Shown here piece after piece: positions 36,949 to 45,595 of a stretch of 64,000 nt of DNA (within the stretch, counting starts at the first letter, position 1; each line of letters opens with the position of its first letter). The notes under the pieces are model-generated. The model searched no databases. It was not told the origin of the DNA and saw only the letters and a program-made list of their open reading frames with translations. This DNA comes from Candidatus Onthovivens sp. (GTDB lineage Bacteria > Bacillota_I > Bacilli_A > RFN20 > CAG-826). Location of the stretch: positions 914 to 64,913 of the forward strand of contig DATESL010000025.1 in the NCBI GenBank assembly GCA_035270825.1. The letters run 5' to 3'. A program made the translations under genes and the position numbers.

Positions 36949-38274
36949 TTATTTACCTAAGCAAAAGCGAGAGAAAATCTCCTTTGCAATATCAAAATCA
37001 TGATCCTCGCCAATCATTGAAAGGATAGATAAGTAAGCATCTTTAATTGTGACATTCACAAGATCAAGTGATAATTCATTTTTAGAATCACTTATAATTT
37101 TCTTTAAGTCTTCGCGGACTTTTTCTAAAAGCCCAAGTCCTCTAAAGTTAGCAATTGATGGGTTATCAAAGTTCTCTTTTCTAATCCCAAGTTCTTGAAG
37201 AATTTTTACCTTCAGTGGTTCAATGTCATTATTTAAAGCACTAATTGTTAACAAGTCTTTAGTAGGTTTATTTAATAAATCTTTTTTATTATAAACAATA
37301 ATATGTTTTTTATTTTCAATTAACTTTAAAATTCTTTGGTCTTCCTCATCAAATACTAAATCATCAAAAAGAGCAATTATTAAATCAGCATCATCAATTG
37401 CAGCAAGTGATTTATTAATACCAATTCCTTCGACCAAATCTAGACTTTCTCTAATCCCAGCAGTATCAAGAAGATTAATTAAGATACCGTTTAATAAAAA
37501 CTTACCTTCAACTATATCTCGAGTTGTTCCCTTAATATCAGTAACAATAGCTTTATTTTCTTCAATTAAAGCATTCAAAAGACTGGACTTACCAACGTTT
37601 GGTTTACCAACGATTGCAACTTTAATTCCTTCTTTAATAATTTTACCCTTATATCCATCCTTAATTAAGGAGTCGATATAAGAAATATTTTTTTGGCTTA
37701 CTTCGATTATTTTTTGATAGTTTGCTTCCTCAATATCAGTATATTCAGGATAATCGATATTTACTTCAATCAAACTTAATAAGTCTCCTAAATCCTTTTT
37801 AATTGGCTCAATTAATTTAGAAGCGTTCCCTTGAAGAGCCATTAAGGAGATTTTTTTACTCTCCTCGCTCTCAGCATTAATTAAATCATTAATCGATTCA
37901 GCTTGTAATAAATCAAGTTTCCCGTGCATAAAAGCACGTGAAGAAAATTCACCCCCATTAGCCATGCGGGCATTATTTTTAATTGCAACTTCAATAATGC
38001 GATTAAAAATAAGTGGAGAACCATGCGAGATAATCTCTACACTATCTTCACCAGTAAATGATTTAGGTCCCTTGTAAGCTAGCAAAACAACCTCATCAAT
38101 AATTTCTTTTTCATCAACTATAAAGCCATGCATTATTTGATTTGAAGCAAAATTATTTAAGTCCTTAGAAAAAAATCTGGAGACAATCTCAAAACAATCA
38201 TCACCAGATAAACGAACAATACTTAAGGCACTTTTAAGCGGAGGTGTTGCTAATGCAACTATTGTCTCAAACAT
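36949..38274 (-). CDS. mnmE: tRNA modification GTPase MnmE
   Basis: TIVALATPP, the G-domain GKPNVGKSSLLN and DTAG, and the C-terminal FCLGK. Confidence 0.95.
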   Translation of the reverse strand: MFETIVALATPPLKSALSIVRLSGDDCFEIVSRFFSKDLNNFASNQIMHGFIVDEKEIIDEVVLLAYKGPKSFTGEDSVEIISHGSPLIFNRIIEVAIKNNARMANGGEFSSRAFMHGKLDLLQAESINDLINAESEESKKISLMALQGNASKLIEPIKKDLGDLLSLIEVNIDYPEYTDIEEANYQKIIEVSQKNISYIDSLIKDGYKGKIIKEGIKVAIVGKPNVGKSSLLNALIEENKAIVTDIKGTTRDIVEGKFLLNGILINLLDTAGIRESLDLVEGIGINKSLAAIDDADLIIALFDDLVFDEEDQRILKLIENKKHIIVYNKKDLLNKPTKDLLTISALNNDIEPLKVKILQELGIRKENFDNPSIANFRGLGLLEKVREDLKKIISDSKNELSLDLVNVTIKDAYLSILSMIGEDHDFDIAKEIFSRFCLGK

Positions 38275-38313
38275 ATCTTTATTATATATCCTTATTATAT
38301 ATATTAATAAGAA

Positions 38314-38928
38314 CTATTTAATATCTTCACTAGCAACGTATTTAATAACGATTGCTCTTTGTTTACCATCTCCTACACTCTCAGTTCTAATATTTTTCCA
38401 TGTTGATAAAGCATTATGAACTTTCTTTCTTTCATCAGGAGTCATTGAATCAAGTTTGATTTCAATGTGAGTGTTTAATACTTCTTTAGCGGCTTTACGA
38501 GCAATGCCAACAACTCTAAAGTATTTCTTATCTTTATAATCGCCAACATTTAATAAGATTCTTAATTTCTTTTTAAATTTAAAACTGATAGCTAATTTGG
38601 TTAATTCATTTAAGGCTTGTAAGGTTTGTCCGTTTTTCCCAATAATTAAGGAATTTTGTTCGGTTTCAATTAACACTTTAATTAAACCTTCGTTATAAAG
38701 AGTCTTAATACTAGCAGCAATTCCAATACCGCCTAAAACACTTTTAATATAATTTTCTCCAAAGGCAATAACATCATCAATATTATAAACACCAATCACA
38801 ACCTTTTTAGAAAATAAGCCTTTTTTCTCTTCTAAGACTTCATATAAGAGATCATTAATTTCAGTATTTTCTTCTTTTGAAGCTAATAACAAAGCTTCAT
38901 CGAGAGTTTTTCCAGTATAATTTTTCAT
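38314..38928 (-). CDS. jag: Jag/KhpB RNA-binding protein (Jag_N + KH + R3H)
   Basis: GKTLDEALLLA N-domain, the KH-like LIIGKNGQTLQALN, and the R3H region PDERKKVHNAL. The likely start is Met15 (38928), 1 nt after the yidC stop; the ORF track gives 38970. Confidence 0.88.
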   Translation of the reverse strand: MKNYTGKTLDEALLLASKEENTEINDLLYEVLEEKKGLFSKKVVIGVYNIDDVIAFGENYIKSVLGGIGIAASIKTLYNEGLIKVLIETEQNSLIIGKNGQTLQALNELTKLAISFKFKKKLRILLNVGDYKDKKYFRVVGIARKAAKEVLNTHIEIKLDSMTPDERKKVHNALSTWKNIRTESVGDGKQRAIVIKYVASEDIK

Positions 38929-38929
38929 T

Positions 38930-40738
38930 TTAGTTTTTACTTCCTTTCGATTTTTTATCTTTACGAGCAAAGATAAAGTGCATTAATAATGATTGTAAGA
39001 CACCAAATATTGCTCCTGCGAACCAGTAAACACCCATGGCTGATGGAAGCGAGAAGCCCATGACGATAATAAAACCAGTCATGATCCATTGCATCCATTT
39101 CATTTGTTTAGCTTGTTGATTTTGAGCAGGATTCTTTTGTAACTTAGCAACGTTTTTAGTACGAGCCTTGGTTAATAATTGAGGTAACATAACAGCAAGA
39201 ATTTGAGCACCAGACATTAAAAGAATTAAAACTAAAGCGGTCCACCAACCAGCATTACCTGGCCAACCACTAAAGTTTGATAAAACATTCCAAATTGTAT
39301 CTGATAATCTTAAACCTAAGACTGCATCACTCGAAAGTGAGGCACTACCAGTTAAAGCATTCCAAACGCAAATAAATAATGGGAATTGAACAACCATTAC
39401 AGCCATTGACATCATTGGATGAACTTTATTTTTCTTATATAAAGCCATTTGAGCTTGAGCCATTTTTTGTTTTTCGTATTGATTTGTTGTAGAGTTAGGA
39501 TATTTTTGTTGTAACTTAGCAATTTCTGGTTGTAAGTAAGTCATTTTTTGTTGAGAAAGAGTAGCAGGAAATGTAATTAACATAAAAAGTGCTCTAACCA
39601 CAATTGTAACTAATAAAACTGCTGCGACTTGTCCCCATCCATTCATTCCAAAAGTATGTGATAAGGATTCAACAGCATAAGAAATTGGGTAAACTAAAAG
39701 CCCTTCTAAGAAACCATATTTAGAGAAGGCACTTCCCCAGTCTCCAAAAAAGTCAGTAGCTTTAGCTTCAATAAAGACGCTACTATTTAATGGATCATTG
39801 CTTGTTTGTCCATAAAATCCATCTTCAATTGAAATACAGGTTTTAATAACAGCTACTTTATTATTTAAAAGGGTGCTATAAAGATTAAGGTAGTTTTGAC
39901 TCATAATTTCGCTACTACTTAAACTAGTAGCAAGTTTATTATTAACTTCCTCAATTTTACCCATGTAATTAACTTTTTCATCAACGATAGTTTGATGTTT
40001 AATAAAACCAAAACGAGCAAATAGAGAATTATTACGTCCTTTAATTTCACTTGTTCCATTTAACATGTCTTTTAATAGAGCATCTTTAGCATCTCCTGGT
40101 TCAAGTGCTTTATAATCACTAAGTTGTTTTGCACTGTATCCATAAACATCACTATAAGTAATTGTTTCCTTACTTAAAGTGTTTAAAGGTTTAAATTCAG
40201 AAGCAGTAGCAGCTTTTAAAATATCATCAAAGATAATATTATCGAAGTCATCATAATAATCAAAAGAAGGAATGCTGATTCCTTGAGTAAAAGCTTGTTT
40301 GTTTGTATCCATTACAAAATCATTTAAACCAATGGTTGTTGAAACAGAAGTAGGATCATCTTTATTTTCTGGTTTTAAAGCATTGTTTAAAACTAATTTA
40401 CCGGTGTTAATTTTGATTAAGTCATCATTAATCTTTGTAAAAATCTCTTTTTCGAAAACTTCTTTGTTTTCAACATAGAGATAAGTATCATTACCATCAC
40501 TAAAAGCTAAATTTTCAACAGTTAAAGCTCCTTCAACAATTTTAGGATTGTTAAATTTCTCTAAAAGGTATGAATATCCATCATCCGTATTTTCAAAAAA
40601 GACGGTATTAACTGGATCATAGGCGTAGCGATAGTGACTAGTGTCGGAAACACTACAAAAAGAGTTACAGGAAGTTAATACTCCAGCCGTAACTACAATT
40701 GCAGCAATTCCAAGAATTCTTTTCGTTTTAGTATTCAT
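38930..40738 (-). CDS. yidC: Membrane protein insertase YidC, lipoprotein type, with a large N-terminal ectodomain
   Basis: Lipobox AGVLTS-C24. The conserved YidC core starts near aa 340 (LLVTIVVRALFMLITFP...QPEIAKLQQKY...KVHPM). At 602 aa it is about twice the usual Firmicute length. It lies in the conserved rnpA-yidC-jag order. Confidence 0.9.
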   Translation of the reverse strand: MNTKTKRILGIAAIVVTAGVLTSCNSFCSVSDTSHYRYAYDPVNTVFFENTDDGYSYLLEKFNNPKIVEGALTVENLAFSDGNDTYLYVENKEVFEKEIFTKINDDLIKINTGKLVLNNALKPENKDDPTSVSTTIGLNDFVMDTNKQAFTQGISIPSFDYYDDFDNIIFDDILKAATASEFKPLNTLSKETITYSDVYGYSAKQLSDYKALEPGDAKDALLKDMLNGTSEIKGRNNSLFARFGFIKHQTIVDEKVNYMGKIEEVNNKLATSLSSSEIMSQNYLNLYSTLLNNKVAVIKTCISIEDGFYGQTSNDPLNSSVFIEAKATDFFGDWGSAFSKYGFLEGLLVYPISYAVESLSHTFGMNGWGQVAAVLLVTIVVRALFMLITFPATLSQQKMTYLQPEIAKLQQKYPNSTTNQYEKQKMAQAQMALYKKNKVHPMMSMAVMVVQFPLFICVWNALTGSASLSSDAVLGLRLSDTIWNVLSNFSGWPGNAGWWTALVLILLMSGAQILAVMLPQLLTKARTKNVAKLQKNPAQNQQAKQMKWMQWIMTGFIIVMGFSLPSAMGVYWFAGAIFGVLQSLLMHFIFARKDKKSKGSKN

Positions 40739-40741
40739 AAA

Positions 40742-41068
40742 TTACTCCTTAAGCGAGGTTAGTAATCTAATTAAAGCCTCTTTAAATTTTTCAAATTCAT
40801 TAACGTTATAATTTCTTGATGGAATTATAATTAAATCTAAGGATTCACTATAATTTAAAAAAGAATCTAATATATTTCTAACTTGTCTTTTAATTTTGTT
40901 TCTCATCACAGCATTGCCGTGTTTTTTAGAAACTTGAACTCCAATTCGTGTAAAACCATATTCGTTTGTTCGAAAGTAGAGAAATCCAAATTCATTTCGT
41001 TTACTATGTTTCAAATCAATTATTTCTTTGAATTCTAAATATTTTTTAATACGGTTTTTCTTTTTCAT
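40742..41068 (-). CDS. rnpA: Ribonuclease P protein component
   Basis: 108 aa and basic, with GVQVSKKHGNAVMRNKIKRQVR (the RNR-type motif). It is directly downstream of rpmH. Confidence 0.93.
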   Translation of the reverse strand: MKKKNRIKKYLEFKEIIDLKHSKRNEFGFLYFRTNEYGFTRIGVQVSKKHGNAVMRNKIKRQVRNILDSFLNYSESLDLIIIPSRNYNVNEFEKFKEALIRLLTSLKE

Positions 41069-41208
41069 TATCTAGAAACGGTTAAGACATTTCTTCCTTT
41101 AGCTCTTCTAAGGGCTAAAACTTTACGACCAGTAGCTGTAGACATTCTGGCTCTGAAGCCATGAGTTCTCATCTTGTGAACTTTACTTGGTTGATATGTT
41201 CTTTTCAT
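41068..41208 (-). CDS. rpmH: 50S ribosomal protein L34
   Basis: [22 protein letters not shown]... (46 aa) starts at 41208 behind a GGAGGT SD. The 20-codon extension in the ORF track is spurious. Confidence 0.95.
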   Translation of the reverse strand: MKRTYQPSKVHKMRTHGFRARMSTATGRKVLALRRAKGRNVLTVSR

Positions 41209-41268
41209 AATATTTTTACCTCCACATATGCAAAATGAATTATATATGTTTATACATATATATGTCAA

Positions 41269-41625
41269 ACTATTATATTTTTTTTGGCTATTTCATCATT
41301 TAAAAAATATTCTCTAGGGAAGATTTTCACATGATACTTGATAACTCTCTTTAAAAGTGTGGAAAAGTCTAAAAAGCACGATAGTGAACAACTTTATTAG
41401 ATGTTGATAAAGTATTTTAATGTAGAAATGTTCTCCACAATTACACATTTTGCTCTTTTTTGATAGTTATCCACAATTTATCCACAATTTTAAAATGTGG
41501 AAAAGTCAAAATCACGAGAAAATAGGTGTATTTTTCGTTCAAATTGTGGAAGGATTAATTTTGTAAATATTTATGGTTTAATATAATTATGAATGTGATA
41601 TTATTTGCTTAAGGTTTAAAAATAT
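41269..41625. other. oriC: oriC, upstream DnaA-box cluster (rpmH-dnaA intergenic region)
   Basis: Two perfect TTATCCACA boxes at 41467-41475 and 41478-41486. One-mismatch boxes: TTCTCCACA at 41431-41439, and TGTGGAAAA at 41358-41366 and 41496-41504. A weaker TGTGGAAGG box lies at 41545-41553. The flanks are AT-rich. Confidence 0.9.
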
Positions 41626-42987
41626 ATGGATGCAAGAACACTTACAGACACAACTAAAATTTGGAATCAAGTTCTTTTAAAATTAAAGGATAAGATCAAC
41701 GACACTGCTTTTTATAATTCGATGATTGCATCGACATTTATTCACTCAATCACAGGTGATAAGATGATAATTGGTTGTGATACAGCTTTTGCAGCTCTAA
41801 ACATATCTGATAATTTTTATGACTTATTTTCAGCCACAGTTCAAGAATATACCGGAACTGACTATAAATTAACTTTCGTTCATAAGACTAGTTTAGAAGA
41901 AAAAGAGGTTGGTGATGTTTTAGCAGCAAATAATCCTCGTTTCTTTGCAAATAATGTATTAAATCCTACTTTTACCTTTGATACTTTTGTCAACGGACCT
42001 TCTAACCAAGAGGCTTATCAAGCTGCAATTACAATTGCTTGCAACCCAGGTACTTCTTATAATCCTTTATTTATTTATAGTCCTAGTGGTTTAGGTAAAA
42101 CCCACCTTTTAACCTCGATTGGAAACCATATTCGTGCTAAATCACCTCAAATTAAGGTTTTATACACATCCTCACAAGATTTTGTCAACGAATTCATCGC
42201 TTTTTGCAAAACTGATACCTCAACAGGAGCTTTATTACAATATATTATGAAATTTGATGTTTTGCTTGTTGATGATATTCAATTAATGAAAGATAAAAAG
42301 AGATCTTTAGAGTTTTTCTTTAATGTTTTTCAATACTTTACACAAAATAATAAACAAATTGTTTTAACAAGTGATCGTACTCCAGCGGACTTAGATGGAA
42401 TTGATGAACGTTTAGTGACCCGCTTTACAAATGGTCTTTCGGTTTCTATTTCACCACCTGATATTGGGATCTGTGTTGAAATTTTGAAAAAGAAATTAGT
42501 TAATGAAGGACATTCGGTTGATTTTATTGATGAAGACGCTATTTATTTCATTGCTGAAAACTGTAAATCTTCAATTCGCGGACTTCAAGGAGCTTTAACG
42601 CGAATCTATTTCTACTCAAGTCTTTATCTTTATAAAAAAATTACTTTAGATATTGCAATGAATGCTTTAGATATCAGCGGACCAAAGGGTGGAGGCAAGC
42701 AAGTATTAACTCACCATAAGATTATTAATACTGTTTCAAGCTATTATGGAATCTCAACAACTCAGTTAACTGGTAAAATAAAAACGGCTAACATTGCTCT
42801 TGCTCGACACATTGCAATTTATCTTATTCGAACTAAATTAGATATGTCTTATAAAAAAATTGGTGACACTTTCTCAAATCGAGATCACTCAACAATAATG
42901 CACAGTGTACAATATGTGGAAAAGCAGCTTAAAAAAGACTCTCAAATGTGTACAGTTATCGAAGAGTTAAATAAGCGCATCGCCTAA
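41626..42987 (+). CDS. dnaA: Chromosomal replication initiator protein DnaA
   Basis: 453 aa. FDTFVNGPSNQ, Walker A GLGKTHL, LLVDDIQ, and the C-terminal DNA-binding region IALARHIAIYL...FSNRDHSTIMHS. Confidence 0.96.
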   Translation: MDARTLTDTTKIWNQVLLKLKDKINDTAFYNSMIASTFIHSITGDKMIIGCDTAFAALNISDNFYDLFSATVQEYTGTDYKLTFVHKTSLEEKEVGDVLAANNPRFFANNVLNPTFTFDTFVNGPSNQEAYQAAITIACNPGTSYNPLFIYSPSGLGKTHLLTSIGNHIRAKSPQIKVLYTSSQDFVNEFIAFCKTDTSTGALLQYIMKFDVLLVDDIQLMKDKKRSLEFFFNVFQYFTQNNKQIVLTSDRTPADLDGIDERLVTRFTNGLSVSISPPDIGICVEILKKKLVNEGHSVDFIDEDAIYFIAENCKSSIRGLQGALTRIYFYSSLYLYKKITLDIAMNALDISGPKGGGKQVLTHHKIINTVSSYYGISTTQLTGKIKTANIALARHIAIYLIRTKLDMSYKKIGDTFSNRDHSTIMHSVQYVEKQLKKDSQMCTVIEELNKRIA

Positions 42988-43080
42988 CTAATATCAATCT
43001 TAAGACGTAGTTGTTCTACGTTTCCACACAATCCACAGCCCTTATTATTAAAACTATTCTTAAAAAGGAGAATTAATCAA
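42988..43080. other. oriC: oriC, downstream part (dnaA-dnaN intergenic region): degenerate DnaA boxes plus an AT-rich candidate unwinding region
   Basis: After the hairpin ACGTAG-ttgtt-CTACGT (43005-43021) come GTTTCCACA (43020-43028) and CAATCCACA (43029-43037), then GCCC, then the AT-rich TTATTATTAAAACTATTCTTA. Confidence 0.6.
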
Positions 43081-44202
43081 ATGAAATTTACAATCAACAA
43101 AGAACAATTTGCTAGAGGTTTAAACGCTACTTCTAAAGTCGTTAGCAACAAAGTAACTGATCCAATCCTTTCGTATTTAAAATTAACTTTAAATGATGAT
43201 GGATTAAATTTAATTGGATCTAATGGAGATATTTCAATCTCAACATTTATTCCTAAATTTTTAAACGATAAAGAAATTATTCGAGATTTTAAAAATGGAG
43301 GAATTTTAGTTGATGGAAAAATTATCACTGATATCACAAGAAGCATTATTGATTCAGAAATTTCACTTGTTGTTGAAGATGAAGCTCAATTATTAATTGA
43401 AAATGATAAATTAAATTATCAAATTAACGTAATCCGCGAACAAGAGTATCGTGATATTGATTTTGATAAAGATGGTTGTAAGGTTGTTTTTAAAGCTAAT
43501 GAATTTGTTAATGTTATTAATGAAATTTATTTTGCAGCTTCAAATAAAGAAACTCGTCCTATTTTAACGGCTGTTAATTTTGAGAGTGAAAATGATAAAG
43601 TTATTTTTACAGCTACTGATGGTATTAGATTAGCCCGTAAAGCATTAGTAACCTCAAGTGATAGTCATTTTAATATTAGCGTCTCTGCTAAACTCTTACT
43701 TGAAGTTGTTAAACTTATTTCAAACGAAGAAGAAATTGAACTTTATATCAACGATAAAAAAGCTTTATTTGTTTTAAATTCAACTTTAATTTCAATTAGT
43801 CTTTTATCAGGTGAATATCCTAACACCAGAAACATCATTCCAAAGAATTTTTTATATACTTTAGAAGTTAATGCTAATGAATTTATTTCAACTTGCTCTA
43901 ATATTTCACTTTTAAGTATTGAAAGAGAAAATATTGTTAAATTAAATGCTGGATCAATGGAAGTAAAAATTTCTTCTAAATCTCAACAAATTGGGGACGC
44001 TGAGGGTAAATTATCACTTTTTAGATTTGAAGGTGAAGCCTTTGCAATTTCCTTTAATGCTGAATATGTTATTGCTGCTATTAAAGCTTTAAAATCAGAA
44101 GATGTTATAATCTCATTTATTGGAGAATTAAAACCTTTCACAATTACTGCTAAATCTAACCCTGATTTAATTCATTTAATAACGCCTGTTAGAACGTATT
44201 AA
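43081..44202 (+). CDS. dnaN: DNA polymerase III beta sliding clamp
   Basis: 373 aa with MKFTINKEQF and a three-domain clamp length. It is directly downstream of dnaA. Confidence 0.93.
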   Translation: MKFTINKEQFARGLNATSKVVSNKVTDPILSYLKLTLNDDGLNLIGSNGDISISTFIPKFLNDKEIIRDFKNGGILVDGKIITDITRSIIDSEISLVVEDEAQLLIENDKLNYQINVIREQEYRDIDFDKDGCKVVFKANEFVNVINEIYFAASNKETRPILTAVNFESENDKVIFTATDGIRLARKALVTSSDSHFNISVSAKLLLEVVKLISNEEEIELYINDKKALFVLNSTLISISLLSGEYPNTRNIIPKNFLYTLEVNANEFISTCSNISLLSIERENIVKLNAGSMEVKISSKSQQIGDAEGKLSLFRFEGEAFAISFNAEYVIAAIKALKSEDVIISFIGELKPFTITAKSNPDLIHLITPVRTY

Positions 44203-44301
44203 ACACTAAACAAATAATCTCCTCATATTCCTACACGAGGACGTATAAAAGTCTTTAAAAAATGGTTCCTTTATTATATAATAATAAAGGAGCTTTTATT
44301 A

Positions 44302-44523
44302 ATGAAACTAAACACAAAAATCACTATCAAAACTGAATTTATTACCCTTGGACAACTCTTAAAATTTGCCGGAATTATTCAAAATGGCGCCGAAGCTAAG
44401 AGTTTTATTATGGAACATGAAATTAAGGTTAATAATGAGGATTGTAAGCAACGAGGAAAGAAGATTCGTGCCACTGATTTAGTTGAAATTGATAACGAGT
44501 CATTCTTTGAAATCATCAAATGA
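44302..44523 (+). CDS. yaaA: S4-domain RNA-binding protein YaaA
   Basis: 73 aa with ITLGQLLKFAGIIQNGAEAKSFI...VNNE. It sits in the conserved slot between dnaN and recF, with an ATGA overlap onto recF. Confidence 0.88.
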   Translation: MKLNTKITIKTEFITLGQLLKFAGIIQNGAEAKSFIMEHEIKVNNEDCKQRGKKIRATDLVEIDNESFFEIIK

Positions 44524-45593
44524 TTATTGAAAGTATCAAGTTAATAAATTTTAGAAACTATTCAAAATTAACTCTAAATTTTAATAATGGGATTAATTAT
44601 ATTTATGGTAAAAATGCTTCAGGAAAGACTAATCTTGTGGAAGCAATTTATTTTTTATCGATTGCTCGTAGTTTTCGTACGAGTGAAGATAAGGAATTAA
44701 TAAACTTGAACTCTGAACTAGCTTCAATTACTGCCAGTATTAGAACTTCAATTATTGGGAAGAAATTACAAATATATTTAACGCCTGAAGGGAAAAAGAT
44801 TTTATTAGAAAACCGTCAAGTTAAAAAAATATCGGAATTAAATGAAATCATTAACTGTCTTTATTTTTATCCAAAAGATGTTTTATTACTTAAAGACGCC
44901 CCTCGAGCCCGCAGAAACTTCCTTAATATTGCAATTAGTAAGAATTCATCGAATTATTTAAAGTTTATATCGGCTTATGAAAAACTTTTAAAAGAGAGAA
45001 ATGAACTCTTAAAAAAACCTAATCCAAATTTATTATTACTAGAAACAATTACAGAAAGATTAATTACTTATAGTAAAGAAATTTATTTATATCGCAGAAC
45101 TTATTCAGAAGGATTAAATAGCAAGATTAAAGATGTTTATCAAGAAATTGCTGATCGCTATGAATTACTTGATTTCAAATATGTGCCCTTTATCGATGAT
45201 GAGGCAAAATATGAAGAAAAAGCCAGAAAAGCATATGCTCAAACACTCAAAAATGATTTAAAGAAGAAAATGACAAGTATTGGTGTTCATAAAGAAGACT
45301 TCTACTTACTAAAGAACGGCTTAAACGTTGGTGAATTTGGATCGCAGGGAGAAAACCGCTTAGCAGTCTTAGCTTTGAAATTAACCCCTTATTTCTTAAT
45401 TGAAGATGAGAAATTAAGACCAATTGTCATTCTTGATGATGTTCTTAGTGAATTAGATGAGAAACACCGCGAACTTTTAATTAAGTTTTTAAGAAAACTA
45501 AAACAAGTATTTATAACAAATACTGAAAAAATAAATATCACCCACTCAACATTTTATAAAGTTGAGATGGGAAACATAACGAAGGAGGATTGA
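44520..45593 (+). CDS. recF: DNA replication and repair protein RecF
   Basis: LINFRNY, Walker A GKNASGKTNLVEA, the SMC-like signature GSQGENR, and Walker B ILDDVLSELD. Confidence 0.93.
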   Translation: MIIESIKLINFRNYSKLTLNFNNGINYIYGKNASGKTNLVEAIYFLSIARSFRTSEDKELINLNSELASITASIRTSIIGKKLQIYLTPEGKKILLENRQVKKISELNEIINCLYFYPKDVLLLKDAPRARRNFLNIAISKNSSNYLKFISAYEKLLKERNELLKKPNPNLLLLETITERLITYSKEIYLYRRTYSEGLNSKIKDVYQEIADRYELLDFKYVPFIDDEAKYEEKARKAYAQTLKNDLKKKMTSIGVHKEDFYLLKNGLNVGEFGSQGENRLAVLALKLTPYFLIEDEKLRPIVILDDVLSELDEKHRELLIKFLRKLKQVFITNTEKINITHSTFYKVEMGNITKED

Positions 45594-45595
45594 TT

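Noticed and set aside
41209-41268. A 20-codon extension upstream of rpmH
   Set aside because: L34 is a conserved protein of about 45 aa that starts MKRTYQP. GGAGGT precedes that Met, and the extension runs into the promoter and origin region.
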